A stretch of 64,000 bases of DNA from Candidatus Thorarchaeota archaeon (GCA_048884965.1 JBHLQH010000004.1:32001-96000); one strand, 5' to 3'. Counted from the stretch's first letter, positions 1 through 12,757 are shown. The notes: generated from the letters alone by a model not told the origin. Numbers and translations: made by a program.

Positions 1-2577
<2,577 letters not shown>

Positions 2578-2660
2578 TTATGAAGATGGTTGCAGAGCTA
2601 GCTGCTTTCATAGTTGGAGATATATTAGAGACTCCTACTGATGCATATGGTGCATAGATT

Positions 2661-3509
2661 ATGATAACCCTATCAAAGGATGATCCTAGAGCTGAAAAGC
2701 ATAGGGACACCATAAGACCTTATGTGGGAGGCTATGACTCCAGGAAAGTACCCTATTACATTATTGAAGATAATGATCAAGCAGTGGGTGTTGTCATTGT
2801 CGGGGAGGAACCACTGAAGATCATAGAACCGATTGGCACAATGGTTTCAGTAGTGTTGATTATAGATTATAACCAACATGCTAGTGCCTTTGATGAATTT
2901 GCTGGGCTTGCCTTGGAGATCGCAAAAGAATCCAAAGCAGCATACTCTTTCATCGATTTGCCAAATAAATATCCAATCCCGATATCTAGCTTTATGAATT
3001 GCGGGTACAAGGAACTTGCCCATAGTCTCAGAATGTCCCGTATCTTAGAGGACATAATGGAAAATGAAACATCTCTAAGATTCGAAAAGGTAGAGAGAAG
3101 GGAAGTGATAGATTTTCTTGACAAGATGAAGGAATTCATGGTGGGCTCTCATGATGCGATGGTGGACATCATTTTCAGTAACCTCGGAAGACTGCCAGAT
3201 AGTTTCCAAGACCAGTTCTATGGAACCGAACTACTGTTCTGGGTATACCTGGAAAAGGAGCTCATCGGAATCCTAGATATTTGTCCGGGTGGCGTTGCGA
3301 GTATTGCAAATATAGGAGTAAATCCAGTATATAGGGGAAGGAAGTACAGCCGTCAAATTATGCTATATGCGATGAATCTGCTGAAAGACCTTGGGAAAGA
3401 GAGAGCAGGACTACGAGTACATATGGAAAATAAAGTAGCCCTACAACTGTATGAATCCCTAGGTTTCTCAAAGGAAGCAAGTCATAGGGCTCTTATTTGG
3501 AGGAAATGA
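2661..3509 (+). CDS. GNAT family N-acetyltransferase (two-lobed, intact C-terminal GNAT)
   Basis: IANIGVNPVYRGRKYS motif A and LRVHMENKVALQLYESLGF motif B. Confidence 0.85.
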   Translation: MITLSKDDPRAEKHRDTIRPYVGGYDSRKVPYYIIEDNDQAVGVVIVGEEPLKIIEPIGTMVSVVLIIDYNQHASAFDEFAGLALEIAKESKAAYSFIDLPNKYPIPISSFMNCGYKELAHSLRMSRILEDIMENETSLRFEKVERREVIDFLDKMKEFMVGSHDAMVDIIFSNLGRLPDSFQDQFYGTELLFWVYLEKELIGILDICPGGVASIANIGVNPVYRGRKYSRQIMLYAMNLLKDLGKERAGLRVHMENKVALQLYESLGFSKEASHRALIWRK

Positions 3510-3511
3510 AT

Positions 3512-4177
3512 CTAGGAACAGTATGGTTTCGCGTCGAGAACCGCGTCTACACCATTCGCCTTCGCCAACTGCTTCCATCCTCTTTGTGCCATCATGATGT
3601 ACAGCCGCTTTGGAACAACCTGTTTCTTGATCTGTCCGATTGCAGCAGTCGGTACATCTTCCATATTCATTATTGCTGAGACTAAGAGGTCCATGGATAG
3701 TTTGGCATTTCTTCCACGCCCACCGGTTTCATCTAGAGGGACGCCACCAATTATCCCACCACCTCCGAAGGGAATTCCCCCGGCCCATTGATAGCCTATC
3801 TTTAGGCAGAAGTTCCTAAGGATATCAAGAGCCAGACTATTGTGCTCACTTTCTGGGAATCCGCTATTGAGAATTCCAATGAATCGAGACTTTCTCCCGT
3901 CCACTCCGGATCTATGGCGATCTATATCCAGCATTGTCTGCAGTACATGGGCAGGCAACGTATCAATGTATAGCGGAGCTGCCAATACGATATAATCAGC
4001 TGAATCCAAATCAGTTAGCAATCGATTCATGGATTCTTCACTTCGAATCGAGTTGCTGAGAATGTGAACTACTGTCTGCAAACCATTCCTCTCTAATTCA
4101 TTTGACACATAGTTCACCAAGGAGAAGGATGTTGAGACTTTTCCTTTTGGCGACCCTGATAGCAATACTACCTTCAT
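3512..4177 (-). CDS. Flavodoxin-fold NAD(P)H-dependent FMN reductase family protein
   Basis: N-terminal VLLSGSPKGKVSTS FMN loop and IVLAAPLYIDTLP. Overlaps the upstream gene by 4 nt. Confidence 0.8.
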   Translation of the reverse strand: MKVVLLSGSPKGKVSTSFSLVNYVSNELERNGLQTVVHILSNSIRSEESMNRLLTDLDSADYIVLAAPLYIDTLPAHVLQTMLDIDRHRSGVDGRKSRFIGILNSGFPESEHNSLALDILRNFCLKIGYQWAGGIPFGGGGIIGGVPLDETGGRGRNAKLSMDLLVSAIMNMEDVPTAAIGQIKKQVVPKRLYIMMAQRGWKQLAKANGVDAVLDAKPYCS

Positions 4178-4749
4178 GAGATAACCTCCATAGTGGAGAG
4201 ATATCCTTCTATCTCGGGTTGGATTCCTCTCGGTGGTTTATCCATATGGTATATCGCAACGTGACTTGATTGAGCATGCATGTTCAATGCATTCCTTGAA
4301 ACATTCAATCTAAAGAGGCTCTCCGATACTGAGTCCTCTGCATCGAGCAAGCCAATTGCGAAAATTGAGGGATACTTATTGTACCGTTTCTGATGATGGT
4401 ATTCACCCTGAATCTTTTTGAAGAATGGATGTATCAACGGGATGGATCGATCTAAAAGAACTTTGAGCGTGGGAGAGTACGCTCCAAAAACGATAGGAGT
4501 GAGATAGATCACGATATCGGAGTTGATTATCTTAGCACAGATATTTCGTGCGTCATCATCAATAACACATTCACCTGGAGTCTTCACCCAACAGCCAAAG
4601 CAACCTCTGCAATAGGATATCTTATGCTCTTTGAGATGTACTACTTCAAGCTCAAATGAAGAATGCTCTGATATGACTCTGAAGGATTCGAGTATATCTG
4701 TTGAAATCCTGTTTGATTCCGAAATTCCGTCAAGAACTAGTATTTTCAT
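4174..4749 (-). CDS. Flavodoxin family / iron-sulfur flavoprotein-like protein
   Basis: CRGCFGCWVKTPGECVIDDD cysteine motif and TPIVFGAYSPTLKVLLDR. Confidence 0.85.
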   Translation of the reverse strand: MKILVLDGISESNRISTDILESFRVISEHSSFELEVVHLKEHKISYCRGCFGCWVKTPGECVIDDDARNICAKIINSDIVIYLTPIVFGAYSPTLKVLLDRSIPLIHPFFKKIQGEYHHQKRYNKYPSIFAIGLLDAEDSVSESLFRLNVSRNALNMHAQSSHVAIYHMDKPPRGIQPEIEGYLSTMEVIS

Positions 4750-4803
4750 TATTATCAGAAGATACTTGTGCTAAAATCAGATAATCCTAGCTAAAGAGAA
4801 ATC

Positions 4804-4815
4804 CTGAAATTTCAG
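4804..4815. promoter_or_regulatory. Perfect 12-bp palindrome CTGAAATTTCAG between divergent genes, candidate operator
   Basis: Seen directly; lies between the flavoprotein pair and the divergent HTH regulator. Confidence 0.35.
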
Positions 4816-4833
4816 TATTGGACTTGATAACTT

Positions 4834-5592
4834 ATGGTCGGGACAGAGGATATTGCAGCACTCTTCTTTGAATTATCAAGTTCATCAAGACTAGACATCA
4901 TCTTAAAACTGGATGAACAGGCGTTGAAGCTGAGCCAGATTTCTAAAGAATTGGATATGTCTATTCAAGAAGCCTCTCGACATATCGCTAGGCTTTGTGA
5001 TGCAAAACTCGTGGATAAATGCCAGGATGGGCAATATTCTCTCACACCATATGGAAGACAGATTCGTAGACTTTTTCCGAGTATGAGATTCATCTCGGAG
5101 AATTCGGATTTCTTCTCAACACATGATTTCTTCGTGGTTCCTGAGCAATTTCACTATGGATTGGGAATAATAGAATCATATGAGCGCTCGCGGCATGTTA
5201 TGGAAGCATTCAGGTATACTGAAGAATTAATCAAGAATGCAGAGAAGTTCATCTGGATTCATTCTGATCAGGTCCTGTCAAGTGCATTGCCTTTGATAGA
5301 AGATGCCGTATCAAGGGGAGTCGAGTTCAGACTTGTACTTCCAAGTTCCATTATCGAGGAAGATTATGGCCAGAATACCAATGCAGAGATACCTGAGAAC
5401 TATCGAGCACTTGTACAACAAAGATTCCCTGAGAAAGTCGAAATGATCATTGTAATGTCTGAGAAGGAGGCATTACTTGCATTCCCGGATTTAGAGGGAA
5501 AAATGGATTATGTTGGTTTCTCAGTGGAGGGTCCAAAGGCTATTCAATGGTGTGAAGAGATCTTCCTCTATTTTTGGAACAAGGCAGCCTAG
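4834..5592 (+). CDS. Archaeal ArsR-like winged-helix transcriptional regulator with C-terminal DUF1724-like domain
   Basis: LFFELSSSSRLDIIL...SIQEASRHIARL...YSLTPYG helix-turn-helix and C-terminal AIQWCEEIFLYFW. Confidence 0.8.
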   Translation: MVGTEDIAALFFELSSSSRLDIILKLDEQALKLSQISKELDMSIQEASRHIARLCDAKLVDKCQDGQYSLTPYGRQIRRLFPSMRFISENSDFFSTHDFFVVPEQFHYGLGIIESYERSRHVMEAFRYTEELIKNAEKFIWIHSDQVLSSALPLIEDAVSRGVEFRLVLPSSIIEEDYGQNTNAEIPENYRALVQQRFPEKVEMIIVMSEKEALLAFPDLEGKMDYVGFSVEGPKAIQWCEEIFLYFWNKAA

Positions 5593-5637
5593 GCATATCA
5601 CATTGAACTTTATTAAGTAAGGATGAAAGGCTAGCAA

Positions 5638-6090
5638 ATGAGCTATTCAAAGATACCTGCCAAAGGAAAGTCCATCAGAGACCTTGCCCTCTTCATTGGA
5701 TGCTGGGAGGGAATGAGCGGTGATGACCTCATTGAAGAACACTGGATGTCGGCAGCCTATGGAAATATGACAGGAATGTTCCGATGGATGAAAAATGGAG
5801 ATGTCTTTATTTACGAGCTCATGGCACTTGTCGAAAAGAACAAGGAAGTTCTACTATATCTCCGACACTTCGACAAGGATTTCATCGGATGGGAAGAAAA
5901 AAGCACTCCAATGATCTTCCATCTTACAGAAGCAAATGGTACTAAGGCAGTATTCACCCTGAGAGATAATCCAGAGAAAGGATGGATTATCTACGAATTG
6001 TTAAACAGTGATATACTACGATTCTCTGACATCAATGCAGATGGATCTATCTCATTCGAATTGATTTTCAAAAGGCAACCAAAAGGATGA
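5638..6090 (+). CDS. Conserved hypothetical protein (DUF6265-like)
   Basis: DLALFIGCWEG...EEHW...M.GMFR...LRHF pattern. Confidence 0.6.
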   Translation: MSYSKIPAKGKSIRDLALFIGCWEGMSGDDLIEEHWMSAAYGNMTGMFRWMKNGDVFIYELMALVEKNKEVLLYLRHFDKDFIGWEEKSTPMIFHLTEANGTKAVFTLRDNPEKGWIIYELLNSDILRFSDINADGSISFELIFKRQPKG

Positions 6091-6126
6091 AACAAAAAGG
6101 AAGAAAGGCACAAGTGTGCCGTTTCT
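6091..6126 (-). terminator. Hairpin plus T-tract terminator of thrS
   Basis: GGCAC-AAGT-GTGCC stem-loop followed on the minus strand by TTTCTTCCTTTTTGTT. Confidence 0.5.
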
Positions 6127-6128
6127 AC

Positions 6129-8018
6129 CTATACTTCCCGTGAAAAGATTGGTTGTTTTGATATCAATGGAGGGAGGAGTAGTTGTTGCTTTGGTGCAAA
6201 GGCAGTCTTTTCTGAGATACCTTTCGCCAACTCGTTAATGGTCATTTTCACTTGATCCTTTTCGCGTCTGATTCTGATAGCAAGTTCTCCAGTTTCTTTC
6301 TCTTTCTCTCCCACCACACAGATATAGGGAATCCAGAGCTTCTCTGCAGAACGTATCTTCTTTCCTAGAGTCATCGAACGATCATCAATCTCATATCTTA
6401 TGCCAAATTCATCTAGAGCTTTTCCCAGCTCCTCAGCGTATGACACAAGATTGTCATCAATTGGAAGGAAGCGAACTTGAACTGGAGTCATCCAGAGAGG
6501 TAACATAGGCTTGATGCCCTTCTTCTTGTCCTTATTCGCCTGCTCAAGAACTCCATAAAGGACTCTTTCAATTGATCCAGAAGGTGAAGTATGTAGGATA
6601 AGAGGTCGTTTCTCTTTTCCATCCTCACCAATATACTTGATATCGAATCTTTCTGCGTTCTCCACATCGATCTGAACAGTGGCCAAGCAGGCAGATTTCT
6701 CCTGTTCATCGACAACATTCCATTCTCCTTTGAAGAGGAAGTATGCATAGCGTTCATCAAATATCTCGATCATGACAGGTTTTCCGACTTTCTTAACGAC
6801 ACCCTTGATGAAATCCTCATTTTCCTCGTAGAACTCCTTTAGAACTCTGAAAGATACTTCATAGCTTACTTCAAGTTCGTTCATTAGCTTCGTGACGAAC
6901 ACTAACTGATTATTAACGGAATCCTTTGCCATCTCAACATCAGCTACGAATTCGTGAATATCAGGCATCGTGAATGCTCGAAGCCTTCGCATTCCAGCAA
7001 GCTCTCCACTCTGCTCTCTTCGATAGCTCTGTGAAATCTCGAACATCTTCAAAGGCAGTTGCTTGTGCGAAACTGTTGCCTGAGATAACAGTAGAAACTG
7101 ACCAAAGCAAGCGGAGAAGCGAGCGAAGTAATCACGATCTCCTGATCTCACAACATACTGTCGGGAGGGAAATCGTTGAAGATAGGACTTGAGAGAGGGA
7201 TGCTCGTAATCGTAAATTAAGGGAGTTTGGACTACATGAGCTCCATAGTCGACCATTTCCTTGGTCACTCTCTCTTCAACAGTCCTCTTCAGGGTATAAC
7301 CTCTGGGAGGCCACCTGAAGTTCCCAGCATCCGAGCCGGGTTCGTAATCCACTAGTTCCAAGCTCTTCATCAGCTCTATATGTGAGGGAGGTTCCTGCGC
7401 GGTCCTATCTTTTGCAGTTTCATAGCTGACATAAAGACGAAGTTCTTCGTAACCAGTATAGTCGAACTTTTTGACCTCGGTTATTTCACCATCAGGAGTG
7501 AAGATATAGAACTGTGACTTGACACCTTGCTCAGCTTGTATTGCAGTGAGATCCTCACCTTCAGTAATTTCTCCCTTTGCGTCTAGTTTCACCTTGGTGA
7601 TATCGAGTACCTTTGATCGTTCAGCAAGAGGGTGTCCTTTACAATGAATCATGAACGACTTGTACCACCCAAATGGGATTCTCAGCACATCATAGCCCTG
7701 TTTCTTCAATTCCTTCTCTACACCCTTTAGGAGCTTGAGAGCGGCACTAGGTTGTGCAGGACTTTCGCTAAGGTGCACCCAAGGATAGACAATCACCTTC
7801 TTCTCTTTGACTTCGTCTGCCGCCTGAGCAATCATCTGCGCAGTCATCAATGCTGCTTGTGCGAGGTTTGTTGTATCAGAGGTCTCGGCAGCTATGAAGT
7901 TGACTAGACATGATTCGTCAGTCGAATAGCTCTTCGAGTCAATACTTTCCGCATTCTTCAATGCCTTTCGTTTGGCTTCAAATGCAAAGCCATCACTGTG
8001 TATCTGTAGCATTCTCAT
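6129..8018 (-). CDS. thrS: Threonyl-tRNA synthetase, archaeal type (N-terminal archaeal editing domain)
   Basis: MRMLQIHSD...VYPWVHLS...PFGWYKSF..CKGHPLAE editing domain; RFSACFGQF, SYRREQSGEL.GMRRLRAFTMPDIH and HTSPSGSIER; anticodon-binding domain. Confidence 0.97.
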   Translation of the reverse strand: MRMLQIHSDGFAFEAKRKALKNAESIDSKSYSTDESCLVNFIAAETSDTTNLAQAALMTAQMIAQAADEVKEKKVIVYPWVHLSESPAQPSAALKLLKGVEKELKKQGYDVLRIPFGWYKSFMIHCKGHPLAERSKVLDITKVKLDAKGEITEGEDLTAIQAEQGVKSQFYIFTPDGEITEVKKFDYTGYEELRLYVSYETAKDRTAQEPPSHIELMKSLELVDYEPGSDAGNFRWPPRGYTLKRTVEERVTKEMVDYGAHVVQTPLIYDYEHPSLKSYLQRFPSRQYVVRSGDRDYFARFSACFGQFLLLSQATVSHKQLPLKMFEISQSYRREQSGELAGMRRLRAFTMPDIHEFVADVEMAKDSVNNQLVFVTKLMNELEVSYEVSFRVLKEFYEENEDFIKGVVKKVGKPVMIEIFDERYAYFLFKGEWNVVDEQEKSACLATVQIDVENAERFDIKYIGEDGKEKRPLILHTSPSGSIERVLYGVLEQANKDKKKGIKPMLPLWMTPVQVRFLPIDDNLVSYAEELGKALDEFGIRYEIDDRSMTLGKKIRSAEKLWIPYICVVGEKEKETGELAIRIRREKDQVKMTINELAKGISEKTAFAPKQQLLLPPLISKQPIFSREV

Positions 8019-8125
8019 TATTAGAGACCTCTAGAACACCATCTTCTCGGTTCTACACTTAAGCTTGGCGCATTATGCCAATAGAGCCATTTACAATTTA
8101 AGGGACGGTTCATACTAGAAGTAAT

Positions 8126-9340
8126 ATGAAAGAGGTCGTTGTTGTATCAGCTGTACGAAGTCCAATAGGAGCCTTTGGTGGGTCTCTGAAGGAACTGCAA
8201 GCCCCTGAACTTGCGGCTCAAGTGATGAAAGCAGCTGTTGAGAGAGCAGGAATCGATGCTCATCTTATTGGCGATGTTCGATTTGGGAATTGCTTGGAGC
8301 CACCCAAAGCGCTGAATATAGCAAGAGTAGCAATGCTCTTGGCAGGAATTCCATACACCGTGCCTGCCGTAACCATCAATAGAGTATGTACTTCGGCGAT
8401 GGAAGCAATCGTGAGCGGTTCACTACAAATAGAAACAGGATTCACGGACATAGTGTTAGCGGGAGGAGTAGAGAGCATGTCAAATGTGCCATATTGCGTT
8501 GAAAATGCGAGATGGGGAGTACGCCTCTTTGATGGAGTGTTTCTAGACATGCTTACTACTGGACTACATGCAGGAAGTCACTTCTTCCCTCACCCAGTGA
8601 CGGGCAAGCATTACATCATGGGTGAGACAGCTGAATTCCTCAATGAGAAACACGGATTCACAAGAGAGCAACAGGATGAAGTGGCATTAAGGTCTCAGAA
8701 CAACGCTGAGAGAGCAACCAAAGAAGGTGACTTCAAAGATGAAATCATACCAATTGAAGTACCAGGTCGAAAAGGAGAAGTATCACTCGTGGAGAAGGAT
8801 GAGCATTTCAGACCAGGTCTGACGATGGAGGACCTTGGTAAGCTGAAGCCGGCTTTTAGAAAGGATGGTACAGTGACCGCAGGCAACTCAAGTGGTATCA
8901 ACGATGGATCTGCTGCAATGATACTGATGTCCTCAGAAAAGGCAGATGAGCTTGGCATCAAGCCTATTGCGAAACTCAGTGGATATGGAATGGGTTGCAG
9001 TGAACCACATCTTATGGGAGAGTCACCTATACCTGCAGTGACAAATCTTATTGAGCGTACTTCTGAGTCTTTTGATCAATGGGATCTAGTGGAAGTCAAC
9101 GAGGCGTTTGCTAGTCAATATCTAGCTGTTGAGAAAGGTCTCGAACCTTTGGGATTCGACCGTGATAAAACAAACATAAACGGTTCAGGAATAGGTCTGG
9201 GCCACCCTGTTGGATGTACAGGTGCTCGTATCATCATTACTCTTCTTCATGCGTTGAAGAACAGAGGAATGACTAAGGGTATGGCTACATTATGTGGAGG
9301 CGGCGGCATCAGTATAGCTACGTCATGGGAATTATTGTAA
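8126..9340 (+). CDS. Acetyl-CoA C-acyltransferase (thiolase)
   Basis: TINRVCTSAM (catalytic Cys), VNEAFA, GHPVGCTGAR and LCGGGG. Confidence 0.95.
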   Translation: MKEVVVVSAVRSPIGAFGGSLKELQAPELAAQVMKAAVERAGIDAHLIGDVRFGNCLEPPKALNIARVAMLLAGIPYTVPAVTINRVCTSAMEAIVSGSLQIETGFTDIVLAGGVESMSNVPYCVENARWGVRLFDGVFLDMLTTGLHAGSHFFPHPVTGKHYIMGETAEFLNEKHGFTREQQDEVALRSQNNAERATKEGDFKDEIIPIEVPGRKGEVSLVEKDEHFRPGLTMEDLGKLKPAFRKDGTVTAGNSSGINDGSAAMILMSSEKADELGIKPIAKLSGYGMGCSEPHLMGESPIPAVTNLIERTSESFDQWDLVEVNEAFASQYLAVEKGLEPLGFDRDKTNINGSGIGLGHPVGCTGARIIITLLHALKNRGMTKGMATLCGGGGISIATSWELL

Positions 9341-9352
9341 GAGAAAGGAACC

Positions 9353-9375
9353 CCAGGGGGCTATTGCCCCCTTGG
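9353..9375. terminator. GC-rich hairpin downstream of the thiolase
   Basis: CCAGGGGGC-TATT-GCCCCCTTGG stem-loop. Confidence 0.45.
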
Positions 9376-9389
9376 ATGTATTTCAATCA

Positions 9390-9551
9390 TCATTGTTTTG
9401 ACCTGAATATCAAGACCAACAAGACGATGATAATTGCGACAGCACCGATTGTTATAATTATGGAAATTATTTGCATCACATCTTGCGGGAATGGAAATGT
9501 AGGATTTGCTGTAGGTGTTGTTGCGGCAGTGGGGGAGTAAGTATTGCCACA
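9390..9551 (-). pseudogene. Orphan Pro/Thr linker plus transmembrane anchor (gene remnant, or 28-aa microprotein from ATG 9476)
   Basis: Open frame CGNTYSPTAATTPTANPTFPFPQDVMQIISIIITIGAVAIIIVLLVLIFRSKQ*, bounded upstream by an in-frame TGA. Confidence 0.45.
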
Positions 9552-9658
9552 TCATGAGAATTGATGTAGAAAAGGAGAGATGAAAGGAGGTAACGCCCCA
9601 TTTCCTCAAATCTATGCTAGCTCGCATTGGTATCATCCATCAATGGCGATATGAGACT

Positions 9659-10168
9659 TCAATGCGCGTCAGCTCTACAAATACAAGATTGAAGAGAAGA
9701 AACCAGTTGAGTAAAATTGTCACCAGTCTTCGCACTAATCAAGACATATTCGGACCCCAGTTCAGATGCTTTTCTTTCAATTTCCTCAATGGGTATCGCA
9801 CTGCCTTCATCAGTTTTATTCCCGACAAGCAGCCATCGCTCCTTTGGAATCCTGTCGATTAATCCAAGCCATTCATCGAGGTCGAAAAGGGAGCGTATCT
9901 TATTGACATCGAAAACAAGTAGAAGAGCATGAGCTCCGCCAACAAATCCCTCTTGAAAGAATCTGAATTGTTCTTGGCCGCCCAGATCGAAGACTGACGT
10001 CTGAATGATGGCACCGTTTCCATCATTCTGGAATTGCCATGACTCAACATCTATTCCTATCGTCATCTCTTGATCGATGAAATCACCAGTAACTAGGCGG
10101 GATGCGATTGTACTCTTGCCAGAGCCTCCAGCGCCTACCATCACTACTTTTGCGTATGTCTTCTCCAA
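9659..10168 (-). CDS. Small Ras-superfamily (Rab-like) GTPase
   Basis: G1 GAGGSGKS, G2 TIG, G3 DLGGQEQFR, G4 NKTD, G5 SAK. Start moved to TTG 10168 (GGTG upstream) because the track's start at 10342 overlaps the divergent gene. Confidence 0.9.
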   Translation of the reverse strand: MEKTYAKVVMVGAGGSGKSTIASRLVTGDFIDQEMTIGIDVESWQFQNDGNGAIIQTSVFDLGGQEQFRFFQEGFVGGAHALLLVFDVNKIRSLFDLDEWLGLIDRIPKERWLLVGNKTDEGSAIPIEEIERKASELGSEYVLISAKTGDNFTQLVSSLQSCICRADAH

Positions 10169-10325
10169 TGCTAGCACCCGGGGGAATGATAGAGTAATGA
10201 AAAAGAATACTCTCCACAACACATAATGTGCAATAGCCTTCTCATAAGACTTGTTGAGATGAAATCCTCTCCTTTTGGCATCACTTACCAATATGCTTAA
10301 CAATAATGAAATGATTATATTGATT

Positions 10326-11753
10326 ATGCGGAAATATGACATGCTGGTTTTAGGCTCAGGTGCTGGAGCAAATGTCGCATCTAACGCCTATCAACAAGGT
10401 CTTTCAGTTGCAATTGTTGATAATGGACGATTCGGTGGAACTTGTCTTAATCGAGGATGTATCCCAACGAAGATCCTTACGTATGTAGCGGATGTGATCA
10501 TGGAAATCAATCATGCCAAGAAAGTCAATCTTCATGCCAAAGTAGAAGGAGTTGATTTTAAGCCGCTCATGGAAAGAATGAGAAAAGAAACATGGGGAGA
10601 AGCGGCTGAGATGGAGGAATCAATCGCCCAGGTAGAGAACTATGATTTTTACAAGGGAACAGGAGAATTCACAAACGACTATACAATGGAGGTCAGCGGA
10701 GAACAACTGAAAGCTGACCATGTGATAATAGCAGCAGGTTCACGGCCATTGATTCCTAAGATTCAGGGATTGGATGATGTCGATTATCTTACTAACAAAA
10801 CGATTCTTTCGTTAGACGAGCAACCGGAATCTATGATCATCGTCGGAGGCGGGTATATCGCAACTGAATTTGCACATTTCTTCTCAGCAATTGGAACAGA
10901 AGTCACGATACTTGGTAGGAATCCATACCTTGTCAAGAATGAAGACAATGACGTATCAGAGCTGCTTCAAGAGGAACTATCGAAACGAATGCATGTGCTA
11001 ACAAATCACGAAGTTATCAAAGTGAGTCAAGATGGTGAATCCAAAAAGGTAACAGCAAAAGATAGAGCATCTGGTAAAGAACGCGATTTCCAAGCTGAAA
11101 CACTACTACTGGCTGCAGGGAGAGTATCGAATGCGGACCTCTTCAAACCTGAAAAAACAGGGGTCAAAGTTGACAAACAGGGATGGGTAACAGTTGACGA
11201 CTTCTTCAGAACATCCAAGAAGAACATCTGGGCTTTTGGTGATGCGATTGGTAGATATCAATTCAGGCATGTAGCAAATGAAGAGGCTGCAATAGCATGG
11301 TATAACTTCGTTAGCACCTTAAACTCGCAACACCATGGTGGAAAACCAGAATTACAGTCAATGTCATATCATGCTATTCCAAGAGCGGTCTTCTCGTATC
11401 CTCAGATCGCAACGGTGGGGATGACACTAACAGAAGCTAAGACTTCCAAGAGGAAATTACTAGTTGGCCAAATTGGATATGATGGTGCAGCTAAAGGCGC
11501 AGCCATGGGATATCCCTCAGGATTCCTTCGGGTCATTGCAGATGCGAATGATCGAACAATACTAGGAGCAACGATAGTAGGACCTGAAGCCCCAACCCTC
11601 ATTCAAGAGATTATCAATCTAATGTACACTGATGACAGAACCTTCAGTCCAATGTTCAATGCGATCCACATCCATCCTGCACTTCCAGAATTGGTACAGC
11701 GTGCGTTTGGAAGATTGGCACCTCTTAACATTGAACATCAACATCTTCAATGA
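10326..11753 (+). CDS. Flavoprotein disulfide reductase (dihydrolipoamide dehydrogenase / mycothione reductase-like)
   Basis: GSGAG, GGTCLNRGCIPTK redox disulfide, GGGYIATE, AFGD and HIHPALPE. Start taken at MRKYDML. Confidence 0.9.
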   Translation: MRKYDMLVLGSGAGANVASNAYQQGLSVAIVDNGRFGGTCLNRGCIPTKILTYVADVIMEINHAKKVNLHAKVEGVDFKPLMERMRKETWGEAAEMEESIAQVENYDFYKGTGEFTNDYTMEVSGEQLKADHVIIAAGSRPLIPKIQGLDDVDYLTNKTILSLDEQPESMIIVGGGYIATEFAHFFSAIGTEVTILGRNPYLVKNEDNDVSELLQEELSKRMHVLTNHEVIKVSQDGESKKVTAKDRASGKERDFQAETLLLAAGRVSNADLFKPEKTGVKVDKQGWVTVDDFFRTSKKNIWAFGDAIGRYQFRHVANEEAAIAWYNFVSTLNSQHHGGKPELQSMSYHAIPRAVFSYPQIATVGMTLTEAKTSKRKLLVGQIGYDGAAKGAAMGYPSGFLRVIADANDRTILGATIVGPEAPTLIQEIINLMYTDDRTFSPMFNAIHIHPALPELVQRAFGRLAPLNIEHQHLQ

Positions 11754-11857
11754 GTTAGGAGTAGAAGAATCAATTAATTATATATGGATGGAGTCCCCTA
11801 CCTATACTCCGTATCGAGTATAGCAAGAAAGCTGAACCTGAACGGAAGGGATTCCAG

Positions 11858-12757
11858 ATGGATCTAATAAACAAGCGAATCCTAATTCTACTGGATAATA
11901 ATTGCAGGATGAGTTATAGAACCATCGCAGATATGATGGGTATGACAGCGAACGCGGTCAAGAAAAGAATAGAAGCAATGGTAGAGAATGGAACTATCGT
12001 CAAGTTCAATCTCATGCCAACGCAAGCAATGTCAGGTCTCTCGTTCTTCTTTGGCATAATAGAAACCCATGGTAATGAAGATACGGAGAAGTTCATGAAC
12101 CAAGTAGGAAGTACCTCTATCGTAGCTCATGTGAGTCAGCTAGCTTATGGTGAAGGCGGAGGCTATGCAATCTATGGACAATATCAACATGCAAAATCCC
12201 TTGCAGATTCCCTGGGCGAGATCAGAAGGATGGACTGTGTCCAAGATATTGAGTTCCATAATGCCCTTACCTTTGAGGGCACCAAGATATCTCTAACAGG
12301 CCCTCAGAAGAAATTACTGCGTGCCATTGTTGACGATCCACGAATGACAATCTCTGATATAGCAGATGAGACCAATCTGAGTGCACGTAGAGTTCGACGT
12401 GAGCTTGATTTCCTTATCGAGTCAAGAGCATTCCATTTTGGATTGAGATGGAATCTAGCTACAGAGAAACGTTCACAGATTCTTGTCTATACTCAGTATT
12501 CGAAGGAATTCAACGTGCAGGAATTCGTTGAATGGGTGTATGATCGTTTCGAGCTCGAAGCTTGGGCGGTCACGCCTTCAGCGATGGAACCAATCCTCGC
12601 AACACCCTTTGTTACAGACTCACTAGGCAAGATACCTGAGATAATTCGTGAGCTCAGAGAGTATAACGGGATTGAGAATATCAGACATTATGTCGTTTAC
12701 ACGACACGGAAGTTCCCGTGGCCTGCAGAGCGTATGATGAATGAATTGATTGCTTAG
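11858..12757 (+). CDS. Tandem (double) Lrp/AsnC-type transcriptional regulator
   Basis: Two AsnC-type HTH units: MDLINKRILILLDNNCRMSYRTIA... and QKKLLRAIVDDPRMTISDIADETNLSARRVRR. Confidence 0.85.
   Translation: MDLINKRILILLDNNCRMSYRTIADMMGMTANAVKKRIEAMVENGTIVKFNLMPTQAMSGLSFFFGIIETHGNEDTEKFMNQVGSTSIVAHVSQLAYGEGGGYAIYGQYQHAKSLADSLGEIRRMDCVQDIEFHNALTFEGTKISLTGPQKKLLRAIVDDPRMTISDIADETNLSARRVRRELDFLIESRAFHFGLRWNLATEKRSQILVYTQYSKEFNVQEFVEWVYDRFELEAWAVTPSAMEPILATPFVTDSLGKIPEIIRELREYNGIENIRHYVVYTTRKFPWPAERMMNELIA

Noticed and set aside
11802-11823. CTATACTC-N6-GAGTATAG palindrome upstream of the double AsnC regulator
   Set aside because: Single short instance; cannot distinguish an operator from chance.
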